A DNA stretch of 64,000 nucleotides from Octopus vulgaris (GCA_951406725.2 OX597827.1:69130001-69194000), one strand, 5' to 3'; positions 24,735 through 38,820 are shown, numbered from the stretch's first letter. Translations and numbers: made by a program. Notes: generated by a model not told the origin, from the letters alone.

Positions 24735-26342
24735 TCTCTTTTTCTTTTAATCTTTTACTTTTTTCAGTCATGTGACAGTGGCCATGCTGGAGCACTACCT
24801 TTAGTCGAGCAAATCAAGCCCAGGACTTATTCTTTGTAAGCCTAATACTTATTCTATCGGTCTATTTTGCCAAACCGCTAAGTTACGGGGACGTAAACAC
24901 ACAAGCATCGGTTGTCAAGTGATGTTGTGGGATGAACACAGACACACAAACATAAACACGCACATACATATATATATATATATATATATATCTCTTATTA
25001 TAAAAGGCAGATTTTATCTGCCTCCCTTTGGGAGTTATAGAAATCTACAATATAGGATTTCTTCAATTACAATTTACCTAGCAGTTTTAAGAGTACAATG
25101 CATCGCGTCATGCCAGGTCCAGTTTTTAAAATTTAAACTCCAATTAAGCAAAATTTACAGAAAACTCACATTCTGGTGTGTGTGTCAAATGCTTTTCTTA
25201 GTCTGGTTTACACCACACGCAAACGCACACACACAGTGTGCGACGAATAAAATGAAAGTAAATGTAATATTTGTTTCTGTCTATCACGCTGATAGATACA
25301 TGAGTAAAATGTATGGCAAGCTAACAGATAACAGTGAGTGAAAATGTTCTTGGAAGAGAGTAAATTAGCGACAGTGATTTGAGGAAGACTAAACTGAAAG
25401 TATGAAACAGTGTTTATGTATAAACAAATGACACTTATATAAACCCTTTTGTTACCAAACTGCCCGAATTTACCTATTCATATTTAAATGAGAATATCAG
25501 AGTAAATCTCTTTAGTACATTCGTGAAAACACGTATTATACTTCGTAAACACTTCAAATACAGTTTTGTACAAAAATTGAAGTGTAATTTTAATTCCGTG
25601 AATTATGGGGGATTTTTTTCCGAAATTTGTTCCTATTGTGTTTTCAAAATTTGTAATTCTGACAAAAAATGGATATGAATTTCATTATATCAAGCAGCGA
25701 GTCAGAATTCGAAGGATTTTCTACTGAAGACCTTCATAAATCTAACTCTATGACTGAAAAAAAAAAAGCATCTTTATATAAGAGTGAAGTTGTGTGTCTG
25801 TCCCCTTCGATTTAGATTCGTAACTACTCCCACATTTTGCCGTGCAGTTTAACCAAAAGCGGGTATCTTATAGTCGTGATTCATATCGAGCCCTTCTGGG
25901 TATTAGCGCGCGTCTACGATGAGTCTACGATTTAAAAAAATTTACCATCATATTTTTCCATTTTAATGCATTTTTTCGCTTTTATATAAGGGAAGTAACT
26001 CTCTAAAAATATCTACGATGTGTCAACGATTTAAAAAAAAATTTACCTTAATTTTTTTTCAATTTTTAATGCATTTTTTTGCTATTTTTTGGCTATAACT
26101 CTCTAAAAATGCTTATATAGTTATTTCCCTTACAACCCGAGCAACGCCGGGCGATATTGCTAGTATATATATATATATATGATGGGCTTTTTTCCGTTTC
26201 CGTCTACCAAATCCACTCACGAGGCTTTGGTTGGCCTGAGGCTATAGCAGAAGACACTTGCCCAAGGTGCCATGCAGTGGGACTGAACCCAGACCATGTG
26301 GTGGGTAAGCAAGCTACTTACTACACAGCCACTTCTGCACCT
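24735..26342 (-). mobile_element. Family A SINE split by a Helitron inserted in its (TA)n
   Basis: Tail at 24735-24990, head at 26164-26342. Confidence 0.75.
24991..26163 (+). mobile_element. Non-autonomous Helitron (composite, two candidate 5' ends)
   Basis: A|TC starts at 24991 and 25771; 3' hairpin CCCGAGCAACGCCGGG (26136-26151), then CTAG|T (26160-26164). Confidence 0.8.
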
Positions 26343-27145
26343 ATATATATATACATAATAAAATTTTCAGGATCTCATAGAATCAGGTATCTAAATAGTA
26401 AAAGCGCAAAGGAAAAGTCAAAGATAGCACACCATCATCATCATTTAGTGTCTGATGATGATGATAATGGTGTGCTAATAATGTGTGCTGACATATACAT
26501 ACTTGCCAAAGTAAATTGTGTTCAATTTTCTTTTTATTCCCCTGAGGAAAACGTTTTTTTTATTTATCTGATGTAATACTTGTTTATCAATAAAGAACAT
26601 GTCTGAAACAGCTGTAGTGACCCTCAACCCATCTGTGTTACTGCTTTTATATATATAGGCATGACTATGTAGTAAGAAGCTTACTTCCCAACCACATGGT
26701 ACCGAGTTCAATCCCACTGCATGACACCTTGGGCAAGTGTCTTCTACTATAGCATTGGGCCAACCAAAGCCTTGTGAGCGGGTTTGGTAGAATGAAACTG
26801 AAAGAAGCCCATCATAAATTGTGTGTGTGTGTGAGTGTGTGTGTGTGTGTGTGTTAATGTATATGTTTGTGTCTGTGTTTGTCCTTCCACTATCACTTGA
26901 CAACCAATGCTGGTGTGTTTACATCCCCATAACTTAATGGTTCAGCAAAAGAAACTGATAGAATATGTCCTGGGGTTGATTTAAAGTGGTGCCCCAGCAT
27001 GGCCGCAGTCACATAATTGAAACAAGCAACAGAATAACAGTTCCCTTCTTTCCTGAGCGTCAATAATACTTTAATTGTTCCACGTCCTCGCGTTGCTGTT
27101 TTTTTCTCTTTTTTTCTGTGTTTTCTTGTTTGGATTAACTTTATA

Positions 27146-27181
<36 letters not shown>

Positions 27182-27207
27182 TGTATGTATGTATGTATGT
27201 ATGTATG

Positions 27208-27252
<45 letters not shown>

Positions 27253-27262
27253 TATATATAAA

Positions 27263-27493
27263 ATGCGGCGAGCTGGCAGAAACGTTAGCACGCCGGGCAA
27301 AATGCTTAGTGGTATTTCGTCTGTCGTTATGTTCTGAGTTCAAATTCTGCCGAGCTCGACTTTGCCTTTCATCCTTTCGGGGTCGATAAATAAAGAGCCA
27401 GTTTCACACTGGCGTCGATGCAATCGACTTAATCCCTTTGTCTGTCCTTGTTTGTTCCCTCTATGTTTAGCCCCTTGTGGGCAGTAAAGAAAT
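27263..27493 (+). mobile_element. Full-length SINE family C
   Basis: gcggcgagctggcagaaacgttagcacgccggg...gtgggcagtaaagaaata. Confidence 0.88.
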
Positions 27494-27934
27494 ATATATA
27501 TAAAGTGCATGTGTGTGTGTGTTATATGTGTGTTTGTGTGTGTGCATTGTGTGTTGCATGTGTGTTGTGTGTTTTTGTGCACGCGCGTGTGTGTGTGTAT
27601 GATGGGTTCTTTTTCAGTTTGTGTCTAAAAAAATTCACTCACAAGGCTTTGGTCAGCTGGGGAATACAGTAGAGAACAATGACCCAAAGTGCTATATAAT
27701 TCTCATATGGATGAGAATTAAACTTTCTTACACTACAGACACACCTGAACCTGTCTGGTTGTAAACATACTAGGTTTACCAATCACTCAATCACCAACTC
27801 CCCTACCTCATCCCACCCACCCCACTCCTTCTTCCGTATCTTACCTTCCCTGTTCTGTCTTCTCTTTATTCATCACATCTTTGTCCTCGGTCACTAACAA
27901 CCCTCCAATGCTATCATCTTCACCTTTCAAGCTA

Positions 27935-28940
27935 TTGGGTTGTCCAGAAAGTTTGTGCCAATTTTCAAAGGAAAGAAAAAGATCAATAAATACTTGCCAT
28001 TACATTTTTAATCAACCAAATATGAACCATTTTGTTGCTCAATGTGTCTCTATCTTTCCTTTAACTTGAAAATACCCTCTTTCCAGAATTGAGGTGGATT
28101 CATGGCAAAGAATTCATCAAGGTATCTTTTTTACGTCATTCAAGGAATTGAAATGTTTACCATTAAGACTATTCTGCAGAGATCTGAATAAGTGGAAATC
28201 CAAAGGAGCAATATCTGGTGAATATGGAGGGTGGAGTAACACATCCCAGCCAAGCTGCAACAATTTTTGTCTGGTTCCCAAAGCATCAAGTGCCGAAAAT
28301 GAACTTTCTTATCATCCATTTTAAAGGGTTACAGAATTAACACAGTTTATAGGAAGATAAATCTTCTTCCACAAAAAGATAGCTTAACCCTTTAGTGTTC
28401 AAACCGGCCATATCTGTCCCAAATATTCTGTATGTTTTATATTCAAACTGGCGATATCTAGCCTCTCACACCTAACCTACATTGACATTCTAAAAATAAA
28501 CAATCACATCATTGAAACCTCAAAGCTATAAGATAATGCATGACTAATTCAAACCAATTTGAGTAAAAAAATATTACATTTAACAGAGTAATCTGAACAC
28601 TAAAGGGTTAAACTGTGCTCTAAATGGAGGTGTAGTCAAATCCTATTTTATGGACTCAACCATGTTCTAAAATAAGTCGAAAGGTCAGCTACTATAAATT
28701 GACACAAATCGAACAACACAATATTTAAAAAAAATTTTCTGATTTTCTTATTTCGTAATAATTTTTCCTTTTAAACCAGGGGTCAGTGAACTGGTGTAAA
28801 TTACTTGAAGTGGGGTAAAAATGAAATTCTTAGGGGTAATGAGGATTCATTAGACATAAATAAAATCATATTAAAATCATATTAAAATAAGTCGAAAGGT
28901 AAGCTACTATAAATCGGCACGAACTTTCCGGACAACCCAA
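27935..28940 (-). mobile_element. Internally deleted mariner with TIRs and TA TSD
   Basis: TA-TTGGGTTGTCCAGAAAGTTTGTGCC ... GGCACGAACTTTCCGGACAACCCAA-TA. Minus strand has MDDKKVHFRH fused to WDVLLHPPYSPDIAPLDFHLFRSLQN. Confidence 0.9.
28384..28611. mobile_element. piggyBac-like MITE with TTAA TSD, nested in the mariner
   Basis: TTAA-CCCTTTAGTGTTCA ... TGAACACTAAAGGG-TTAA. The mariner copy at 62955-62958 shows the empty site with a single TTAA. Confidence 0.92.
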
Positions 28941-29413
28941 TACTATTTCAAATGCTACAGTTTTCCGCAAATGTCACATGCAACACTGTTCATGTGAAAG
29001 CCTTTCAAGTTGTTCTTATACAATTTCACCACATTTCTCCCAGATATCTTTTATGTATCCTTTTGTGACTCCCTAATTGCAATCTAAGTACTGTACGTAT
29101 CTTAAAATTATGGAACGAAGTGCTGCAGTTTATTGCATCAATCAATTTAATAAAGGTTATTTGCTGATAATATGCTTTGGAAATATAAACAGCCCTTTGA
29201 TCCTTGGGCTTGATAAGTGGTGTCATGTTTGGAGGTACTCACACTGCTTCTATACTGGGAATCAAATCGTAAGGTATTATGGATGACTTGAAATATTATC
29301 TAAAATGAATAAATTAACAAAGCCAAAACAAGGCAACTCCTGAGAAATAATACAAGTCTTGTGAGTGTATTTGGTAGACGGAAACTGAAAGAAGCTCGTT
29401 GTATATATGTATA

Positions 29414-29482
29414 CTAGCAGTATCGCCCGGCGTTGCTTGGGTTTGTAAGGGTAATAACTATATAAGCATTTTTAGAGAGTTA
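29414..29482 (-). mobile_element. Helitron 3' end (same family as the 26163 end)
   Basis: a|ctagcagtatcgcccggcgttgcttggg is the reverse complement of hairpin + CTAG. Abuts the (TA)n after a family A SINE head. Confidence 0.8.
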
Positions 29483-29674
29483 CTGAAATATTGAAATACA
29501 TCGACTTGTATTGTTTCTTATAACTTGCACTGTTTTGGCTTTTTAAAAAAATAATTAAAAACATTCATATAATATAATATAATATATTATAATATGATAT
29601 AAGATTTTAAATTTGAGAGCACTGAAAAAATTTAACATACCTGTCTGAATCCAAGTGGCATCAGACAAAACTAT

Positions 29675-30312
29675 GGATCTTTTCCTTTTGAACGGCAGAC
29701 AATTTCTAGTTAACTAAACATTTTACAATTTCGTATACTGGTAGAATGTGTCAAAATAAAACATTTTTTTCTCTTGGCTTTCTTGAGAAAATTGTAATTT
29801 GTTTGTTTAACATAGTTTAATTTTTCGAATTTTAACCAATCCTATGCTCTCTTTTGAGCTAAAATCATTTGCTGCGTCTAAAACTGAGACAACATCCTGT
29901 AACTAACCCTAAACCTCCCCCCTAACCCTAACCCTAAATTTTTTTTTATTAATTGTTAAATTAATTTAATTGTTACGTGTGTAAAAACTAAAGCAATGGA
30001 ATTAAATTAATTTAACAATTAAGAAAAAAAAATTAGGGTTAGGGTTAGGGGGAGGTTTAGGGTTAGTTACAGGATGTTGTCTCAGTTTTAGACGCAGCAA
30101 ATGATGTTAGTTGAATGGAGGTAATCGATTGGTTAAAATTGCTGAAATGCTCGGATTTTCAGACGAAATATCTTACAAATTATATAGAATTTTCTCAATA
30201 AAACCAAGAGAAAATGATTTTTTATAAACACATTCTACCAGTATAGGAAGTTTAAAAGTGTTTAGTTAACTAGAAATTGTGTTGACATCTGCCGTTCAAA
30301 AGGAAAAGATCC
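29675..30312. mobile_element. Foldback MITE with 8-bp TSD and internal telomeric repeats (Merlin-like candidate)
   Basis: TIR GGATCTTTTCCTTTTGAACGGCAG at both ends; TSD AAAACTAT (29667-29674, 30313-30320); ~300-bp inverted arms; CCCTAA repeats 29904-29937 and TTAGGG repeats 30033-30066. Confidence 0.88.
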
Positions 30313-31001
30313 AAAACTATATCTCAAAATACTTTGCTGATGAGAGAGAATGATAGTATGAAGATGTGATTTTTGCATTTTTCATATCTATCTAACTCCA
30401 AAACACGTCCACAGTTAATCAAATTACCGGATGAATTTCATTGTATTTTCTCTTTACCAAACATGAATTGTTTTTGTGTATATGTTATCAGGGAGATTCT
30501 CTTATGGTAAAGAAATATCTAGGTGTTTGGCTGCTATTTCTAAATTTTCGGTATGTGGTGAAGCAAATTTTTTGGCTGAACCCTAATTATAATTAAACTC
30601 ATAATTATAAAAAATTGTTGTTTAAGTTTACTGATAATGGTTCTTTTAACATGCCGAAACTACTTGGTAAAATCATTAATAATTGATAATTAATAATTAT
30701 TAATTATTTAATTAGCTATACCCTTTATTACAATATTTATACACATAATTATATATACATATGTGCATATACACATAATTATATATACATATGTGCATAT
30801 GAATACATACTTATATATTATACTTGAAACTATGATGAAGATGATGATGATGGTTTAATGCAAGTAAATGTAGATATACCTGTATGCATACGGATTATTA
30901 TACATGTGTATGTATACAAGTTTGAATGTTTATATATATGTATGTGTGTGTGTGTATATGCATATATATATATATACATATACATATACATATACATACA
31001 C

Positions 31002-31070
<69 letters not shown>

Positions 31071-31149
31071 TATATATATATATACACACACACATATACA
31101 CATATGCATATCTATATATATACATATGCATATATATAAATATATATAA

Positions 31150-31206
<57 letters not shown>

Positions 31207-31359
31207 TAAATTAGAGATAAAACCACTATTAGGCAAATCAAACAATGAAAACTTAAGCCAATACATAAAATTAATTAATTTATATTATTTTAAATAAATA
31301 TCAAAATTATTAAAAGTTTAATAAAAGATAATGAGTAAAACACTACGATCGTTTCATGG

Positions 31360-31392
<33 letters not shown>

Positions 31393-31396
<4 letters not shown>

Positions 31397-32671
31397 GTCA
31401 TCACGTAAGTTCTGTCCGAATTTTGAATAAAGAAAACTAGTGATCAAATGTTATATTTAATTGAAATTTAATCATCAATGTACTTTCCCTGATTATCTAT
31501 GACTTCCTTCCATCTATTTACAAGCTATTTAATCCAATCAATGTAAAACTCTTTTGGTTTCAAAGCGAAGAACTCTGAAATGTCAATTTCGACCCCTCCT
31601 GGCTTGCAAAAGTTGTGTTCCCCAAATGATTCTGTAAATTACAAAACAAATGGTAGTCTGAAAGAGCAAGGTCGGGAGTATAAGGTGGATGAGGAATTTT
31701 TTCCCAACTAAGCTCTTCGATCTTCTGTGATGCGATTGTTTCAGGGTTGGGTCACGCATTGTCCTGATGAAACACCACTCCTTTTTGATTCACTAAAGCG
31801 GATCTTTTTTCTTCAAAGCTTGGTTTAAACGCTCTAATTGCTGACAGTTGACTTGAGCACTGATTGTTGCATTAGGTGGTAACAATTCAAAGTGAATTAC
31901 TCCTTTGCAATCCCACCAGATAGAGAGAAGAACCTTTTTCCCATGAAGTTCCCTTCTCAGTTGTGGTTGAGCTTTTTCCCTTTTACCATGTCACTGTTTA
32001 TGACATTTAACATTTCCATAGAAGATCCATTTTTTGTCACTAGTCTGTCCAAAAAGGGTGAAATGAGTTCGTGAGAATGAAGAGAAGAGTAGATGTCAAC
32101 TCAGGATTTGCGGTTGCCTTCGGACAATTCATGAGGCACCCGTTTTCCAAGTTTAGGAACCTTTCCAAGTTGTTGAAGATGATGATGAACAGTTGTATGG
32201 TTTGAACTAAGCTTTATTGCCAATTCTTCAACTGATAATGCAGGATTTTCTTCAAATAATGCCCCGAGGAGCTTATTATCAAACTCAAATGGATGTCCTG
32301 TTCTATCTTCATCATCAAGGCTGAAATCTCAACTTCTGAATTTAGCAAACCATTTTGTGCGAGTTCTTTCATTCAAGCATTCTTTCCCATAAACTGAGTG
32401 TATGTTTCGAGTCGCTTCGGTTGCAGAGTTTCCTTTTTTGAACTCATAAAGCATTATGTGCCTCAGATGCTCTTTGGATATTTCCATGTTAGAAAGGGTT
32501 TTAATCAAAGAAATTTTTATTCTATTATTCTGTAAAATAATATTTAATTACTTTAAATGTACACAAATGCATAAAAATAATTTTTAATTCCATTAGACAT
32601 TCTAAAATACTATTAAATTTTATTCAATTATAAATAAGGTAAAATCAAACAAAACTTATGGGATGACCTGA
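31393..32671 (-). mobile_element. Near full-length mariner (~1.28 kb), transposase pseudogene ~32487-31468
   Basis: TIRs TCAGGTCATC.C.TAAGTT and AACTTATGGGATGACCTGA within (TA)n. MEISKEHLRHIMLYEFKKGNSATEATRNIHSVYG...WFAKFRS*...HPPYTPDLALSDYHLF; stops and frameshifts. Confidence 0.92.
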
Positions 32672-32830
32672 TATATATATATATATATATTTAATTATCA
32701 TCAATTTAATTAACATAATTTAATCAACATCAATTTAACACCAGTGGTCTAGCATATTAAAATCTGAAAGTTCAGTAAATTGTATTATATACATATATAT
32801 ATGTATGTATGTGTGTGCGTGTGTATATAT

Positions 32831-32963
<133 letters not shown>

Positions 32964-33054
32964 TGTATGTATTTGTTTATATATAAATGTATACAAGTAA
33001 GAGTATACTAATATACATATACACTCTTTCATATACACACATATATATATCATC

Positions 33055-34020
33055 TAGCTATGCAGATGATACAAAAGTCTCTCAGAGGATACAAAACCCT
33101 GGAGACGTTATGCATCTGCAATGTGAGTTGGATGCAATATACACGTGGGCTGAGGAATATAACATGCAGTTTAATGCTGAAAAATTCCAAAGCCTGTGCT
33201 GCCAACACAGGAAACTCAATGAAAAGCAGATAGGATACACTGGCCCAGGAAGGATTCTAATCCCCGAATCAAAATCAGTTCATGACTTGGGCATCGACAT
33301 GAGTAATGATGCACCTTTCCAGGTGCACTTTACTAAGTGGGCAATAAAATGCAGACGACTGGCCGGGTGGATCCTTCAGACTTTCAAGACAAGAGAAAAA
33401 GAAACCAAGATGGTTCTCTTGAGGACTTTCACTCTCGGCTGTCTGGATTACTGCTCCCAATTGTGATCATGAAACAGTGTAAAATTAACGATGAAACTCA
33501 AGGTAATTCAGAAAGGCTTCACAAGGAAAATTGATACAATATGACATGGTAGTTTATTGGGAGAAACTGAAAGAGTTAAGGCTCTACTCGCTGAAGCAAA
33601 GGTGGGAAAGGTAAGCAATAATATACATCTGGAAAAACCTAGAAAAACTTATTCTAAACTTCAGCATTGTTACTTACACAAACAGCAGGAACGGGGCACT
33701 ACTGCATGTTACTGAAGGTCCGAACATTGCTGTCAGGATACAGGACCAGATGCTGCAACAGCTTGGGCTTCAAAGGTCCACAGCCCTTCAATATCCTCCC
33801 ACAAAACCTGAGAGACATGCATGGCATAGATGTAGGTTTTTCAAAACAAAACTAGATCTCATTCTGTTGAGCTTTCCAAATGACACAGATGAGGGCAGCA
33901 ACGTCAGATTCCCTCATCCACCAAAGGGTGAATATCAGAGGAGATTTGGTGAAAGTGTAGCAAGGTAAACAGCAGTGCTCCAGCATGGCCACAGTCCTTT
34001 GACTGAAACTTAGAAAAAAA
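33055..34020 (+). mobile_element. Degenerate CR1/L2-group LINE 3' part
   Basis: SSYADDTKV...MQFNAEKFQ...LDYCSQL*. Homologous to 21949-22690, with the same 3' tail motif. Confidence 0.9.
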
Positions 34021-34164
34021 TATGTATGTGTATATATATATATATATATGTATGTGTATATATATATATATATAGGGAGAATTCACAAAAAAGCAAAAGA
34101 CGAAAACAGGTGGTGTAGACAAAACAAACAGATGTATTAGTTTAATGCTTGGGAAGTGAAAAAG

Positions 34165-34200
34165 TCTTTAACATTTCGAGCCTATGCTCTTCCACAGAAA
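34165..34200 (-). ncRNA. Putative hammerhead variant, degenerate copy 3
   Basis: Minus strand: TTT CTGTGGA A GAGC ATAG GCTC GAA ATGT T AAAGA, in a (TA)n-flanked element at 34075-34230. Confidence 0.4.
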
Positions 34201-34223
34201 TGGATACAGAAAGAAACATGGAG

Positions 34224-34335
<112 letters not shown>

Positions 34336-34401
34336 TAGATATAGATATATATGTAGATATACATACATATATATATACATATGTATTCATATATATATAT
34401 A

Positions 34402-34437
<36 letters not shown>

Positions 34438-34487
34438 CACACACATTTCTATATATGTATATATATATACACATATGTATATATATT

Positions 34488-34587
<100 letters not shown>

Positions 34588-34669
34588 CAGATATATAAAT
34601 AAATAGATATGCATTTATGTATATATATGTAAATATATATATATTTATACACACACACATGCATATGCC

Positions 34670-34700
<31 letters not shown>

Positions 34701-34889
34701 GCATACATGTGTACGTATCCCAAAATTCACAAGCTGTCGTATGAGGGAGGGGCTGGGTGGCAGTGTGTGTGTGTGGCATGCCTGTTATATAATTAGCAAT
34801 ATAGTATAGCATTGTATGATATGTGTCTCTGATAGTGTTGTGCTGGATGTAATGCAGCATTGGTGAATGTGTCATGTGGAGAGAATCTG

Positions 34890-34997
<108 letters not shown>

Positions 34998-35099
34998 GTA
35001 GCAGCCTTTAGTTACATGTGTGCCTCCGTGTCTGGAACAACGATACTGTGCAGCATTAGTTGTGTGTGTGTTTGTGTACCTTTAATGATATGTGCACAT

Positions 35100-36080
35100 G
35101 CGTGTTTGTGTGTGTGTGTGTGTGTGCATATGTGTGTGTGAGCTCATGTGTGTGTGTGTGTTTGTATTTGTGCTCGTATATGTGTGTGTGTGTGCATATG
35201 TGTGTGTGAGCTCATGTGTGTGTGTGTGTGTGTGTTTGTATTTGTGCTCGTATATGTGTGTGTGTGTGTGTTGTATTTGTGCTCGTATATGTGTGTGTGT
35301 GTGTGTTTGTATTTGTGCTTGTATATGTGTGTGTGTGTGCATATGTGTGTGTGAGCTCATGTGTGTGTGTTTGTATTTGTGCTCGTATATGTGTGTGTGT
35401 GCATATGTGTGTGTGAGCTCATGTGTGTGTATGTTTGTATTTGTGCTCGTATGTGTGTGTGCATGTGTGTGTGAGCTCATGTGTGTGTGTGTGTGTGTGT
35501 TTGTATTTGTGCTTGTATATGTGTGTGTGTGCATATGTGTGTGTGAGCTCATGTGTGTGTGTGTTTGTATTTGTGCTTGTATATGTGTGTGTATGCATAT
35601 GTGTGTGTGAGCTCATGTGTGTGTGTGTGTTTGTATTTGTGCTCGTATGTGTGTGTGTGTGTGTGCATATGTGTGTGTGAGCTCATGTGTGTGTGTGTGT
35701 TTGTATTTGTGCTCGTATATGTGTGTGTGCATATGTGTGTGTGAGCTCATGTGTGTATGTGTGTGTTTGTATTTGTGCTCGTATGTGTGTGTGTGTGTGT
35801 GTGCATATGTGTGTGTGAGCTCATGTGTGTGTGTGTGTGTTTGTATTTGTGCTCGTATATGTGTGTGTGTGTGCATATGTGTGTGTGAGCTCATGTGTGT
35901 GTGTTTGTATTTGTGCTCGTATATGTGTGTGTGTGTGTGCATATGTGTGTGTGAGCTCATGTGTGTGTGTGTTTGTAATTGTGCTCGTATATGTGTGTGT
36001 GTGTGTGTGTGTGCATATGTGTATGTGAGCTCATGTGTGTGTGTGTTTGTATTTGTGCTCGTATATGTGTGTGTGTGTAT
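35100..36080. repeat. Higher-order (GT)-based minisatellite, ~60-70-bp unit
   Basis: Fixed anchors gcatat, gagctcat and ttgtatttgtgctcgtat separated by variable (GT)n; about 13 gagctcat copies. Confidence 0.9.
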
Positions 36081-36760
36081 ACACTTCCTTATGTGAATAT
36101 ATACCTTTTTGCTTTTAGTTGTACATGTGTGTGTGTGTATGCATGTGTGTGTGTGTGTGTATACCAATAATTGTATGTGTTTGTGTGTATGTGCCTGGCA
36201 TTGTGTGAGTTTATCCCTGTGACTAGAACTGTGTGTATATGTATGTTCAAACAGTATGTGTGTGTTTATGTGCTTCGAACAGTATGTATATAGATGTCTG
36301 TGTGACTATATGTGTGTAGCATGTGTGTGTATGTGTGTGTGTGTGTGTGTTTGTGCTTTGAGTTGTATGTGTCTGTGTTTGGAATAGTAAGTATGTATAT
36401 GGTGTATGTTTGTGTATGTGCATTTGTAACAGTGTGTATACATGTGTATGTGTGTGTATGTGTGTGTGTGTGTGTTTGTGTGTATGTATGTGTGTGTACT
36501 TGTGCTTTAAGGTGTGTGTATCTATATCTGGAAGAGTGTGTATGTGAATGTTTACGTTTGTATGTGTATGTTCGGAAGAGTGCATGAACTTGTGTGTGCA
36601 CGTGTATGCGTGGGTATTTGTGCTTTGTGTTGTGTGTGTGTGTTTGTGTGTATGTGTTTGTGTGTGTGTGTGTGTGTGTCTATGGAACAGTGTATTTGTT
36701 TATGAGTGTGTGTGTGTGTCGGTGCTTGGAATACTGTGTATGCATATGTGTGTGTGTGTT

Positions 36761-36827
<67 letters not shown>

Positions 36828-37247
36828 GTGTGTGTGTGACTGGAAGAAAGATGATGAAGCGATGAAGAAGGAGATGAGGGAACGAGAGTGAAACTGAAAC
36901 AAAGAGAACGAAGGAAACAAAGAGAAGGAAAGAAAGAAAAAAAGAAAGAGGCTGAAGGAGTTTATGAGTGAATGAGGCAGACAGAATAAGAGAGAGAAAG
37001 AGTGAGAGAGAGAGAGAAAGAGAGACAAAGAGAGAAGAATGAGCAAAGACAGAATAAGAGAGAGAAAGAAGAGAGAAGGAAAGAGGGAATGAAAGAGCAA
37101 AGAAAGAGAGGAAGAATGGGGAAACATTCAGTCACTGAGATACGCAGACAGACAGACGGACAGAGAGACACACACACAGAAGGATAAATAGATAGAAAGA
37201 GAGATAGGTCAGCATCTCTATCTGTTTGTATGCTTGTATGCGTTAGA

Positions 37248-37311
<64 letters not shown>

Positions 37312-37463
37312 TTATATAGGTGAGTGGTGTGTGTTTCATCATAGTACGTTGATATGAAAAATTCCTAGACGGTCAGACAGAATATGTGTGTGTGTATGTG
37401 TACATATATGAATATATACACATACATACAATATATATGTATGTGTATATATATATATGTGTG

Positions 37464-37584
<121 letters not shown>

Positions 37585-37721
37585 GTATACGTGTATATCC
37601 ATTATATATATATGTATATTTTTACATATACAGATACAAATAAAAGTGTGCGTGTTTGCATATATATATGCATGTATGTATACACACAAAAACAAGCATA
37701 TATATATGTGTGTATGTATAT

Positions 37722-37798
<77 letters not shown>

Positions 37799-37826
37799 AT
37801 ATGTATATAGATATATATACATAAAC

Positions 37827-37863
<37 letters not shown>

Positions 37864-37996
37864 TGTACATACATGCATATATATAGATGTATATATGTAT
37901 ACATGCATGTAACAGTGTGTATGTATGTATGTGAATTATTCTATGAATATATATGCCAGTTTGTAATATGGATGTTACATCATGATGATATAAATA

Positions 37997-38038
<42 letters not shown>

Positions 38039-38293
38039 TCTATCTATCTATCTATCTATATATATATATATGTGTGTGTGTGTATTAACATGTACATGTA
38101 TATATATATAATCATGTATATATATATATATATATATATACACATTATACACATACGTATTCTGTATATGTGCATATGTCTGTATGCACATGGAGTATAC
38201 ATGTGTGTGAATGTATAGAGCGTAGAATGTTATAGAAAGTCAGACACAGTCAATTACATAGACAGAGTATTGTGCATGTGTGTGATGTGTGTG

Positions 38294-38331
<38 letters not shown>

Positions 38332-38753
38332 TGTGTGTGTGTGTGTGTCCAAATAAGAAGACAGAGACAGCAGGGAAGGTGTCAAAAAGAGAAAGAGGAA
38401 TATGGAAAGTGAAGAACAAGAGAAGGGGGGGAGGGGGAATTATGAAAGACAGGAAGACAGAAGAAAGGAACACAAAAGAAACAGGAGGGAACGGGGGGGG
38501 GAAAAAAAGAAAGAGGGAGATGGAGAGGGAGAGGGAGAGAGGGGGAAAGAGAAAGAGAAACAGAGGGGTGGGGGTGAGAGCAGGAGACAGTCCAAAAGCA
38601 TGACAGACCAACAATGAGAGACTGGTCAGGATTTATATGTATGTACACACACACACATACGCATGTATGCATGCACACACACACATATATGTATCTGCAT
38701 ATGTAAAAATATACATCTATGTATAAAGTAGTGCATATCTACATGTATATATG

Positions 38754-38820
<67 letters not shown>

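Noticed and set aside
30626-30672. Hammerhead-like CTGATAA...CCGAAAC on +
   Set aside because: G8 is mutated and there is no convincing stem I.
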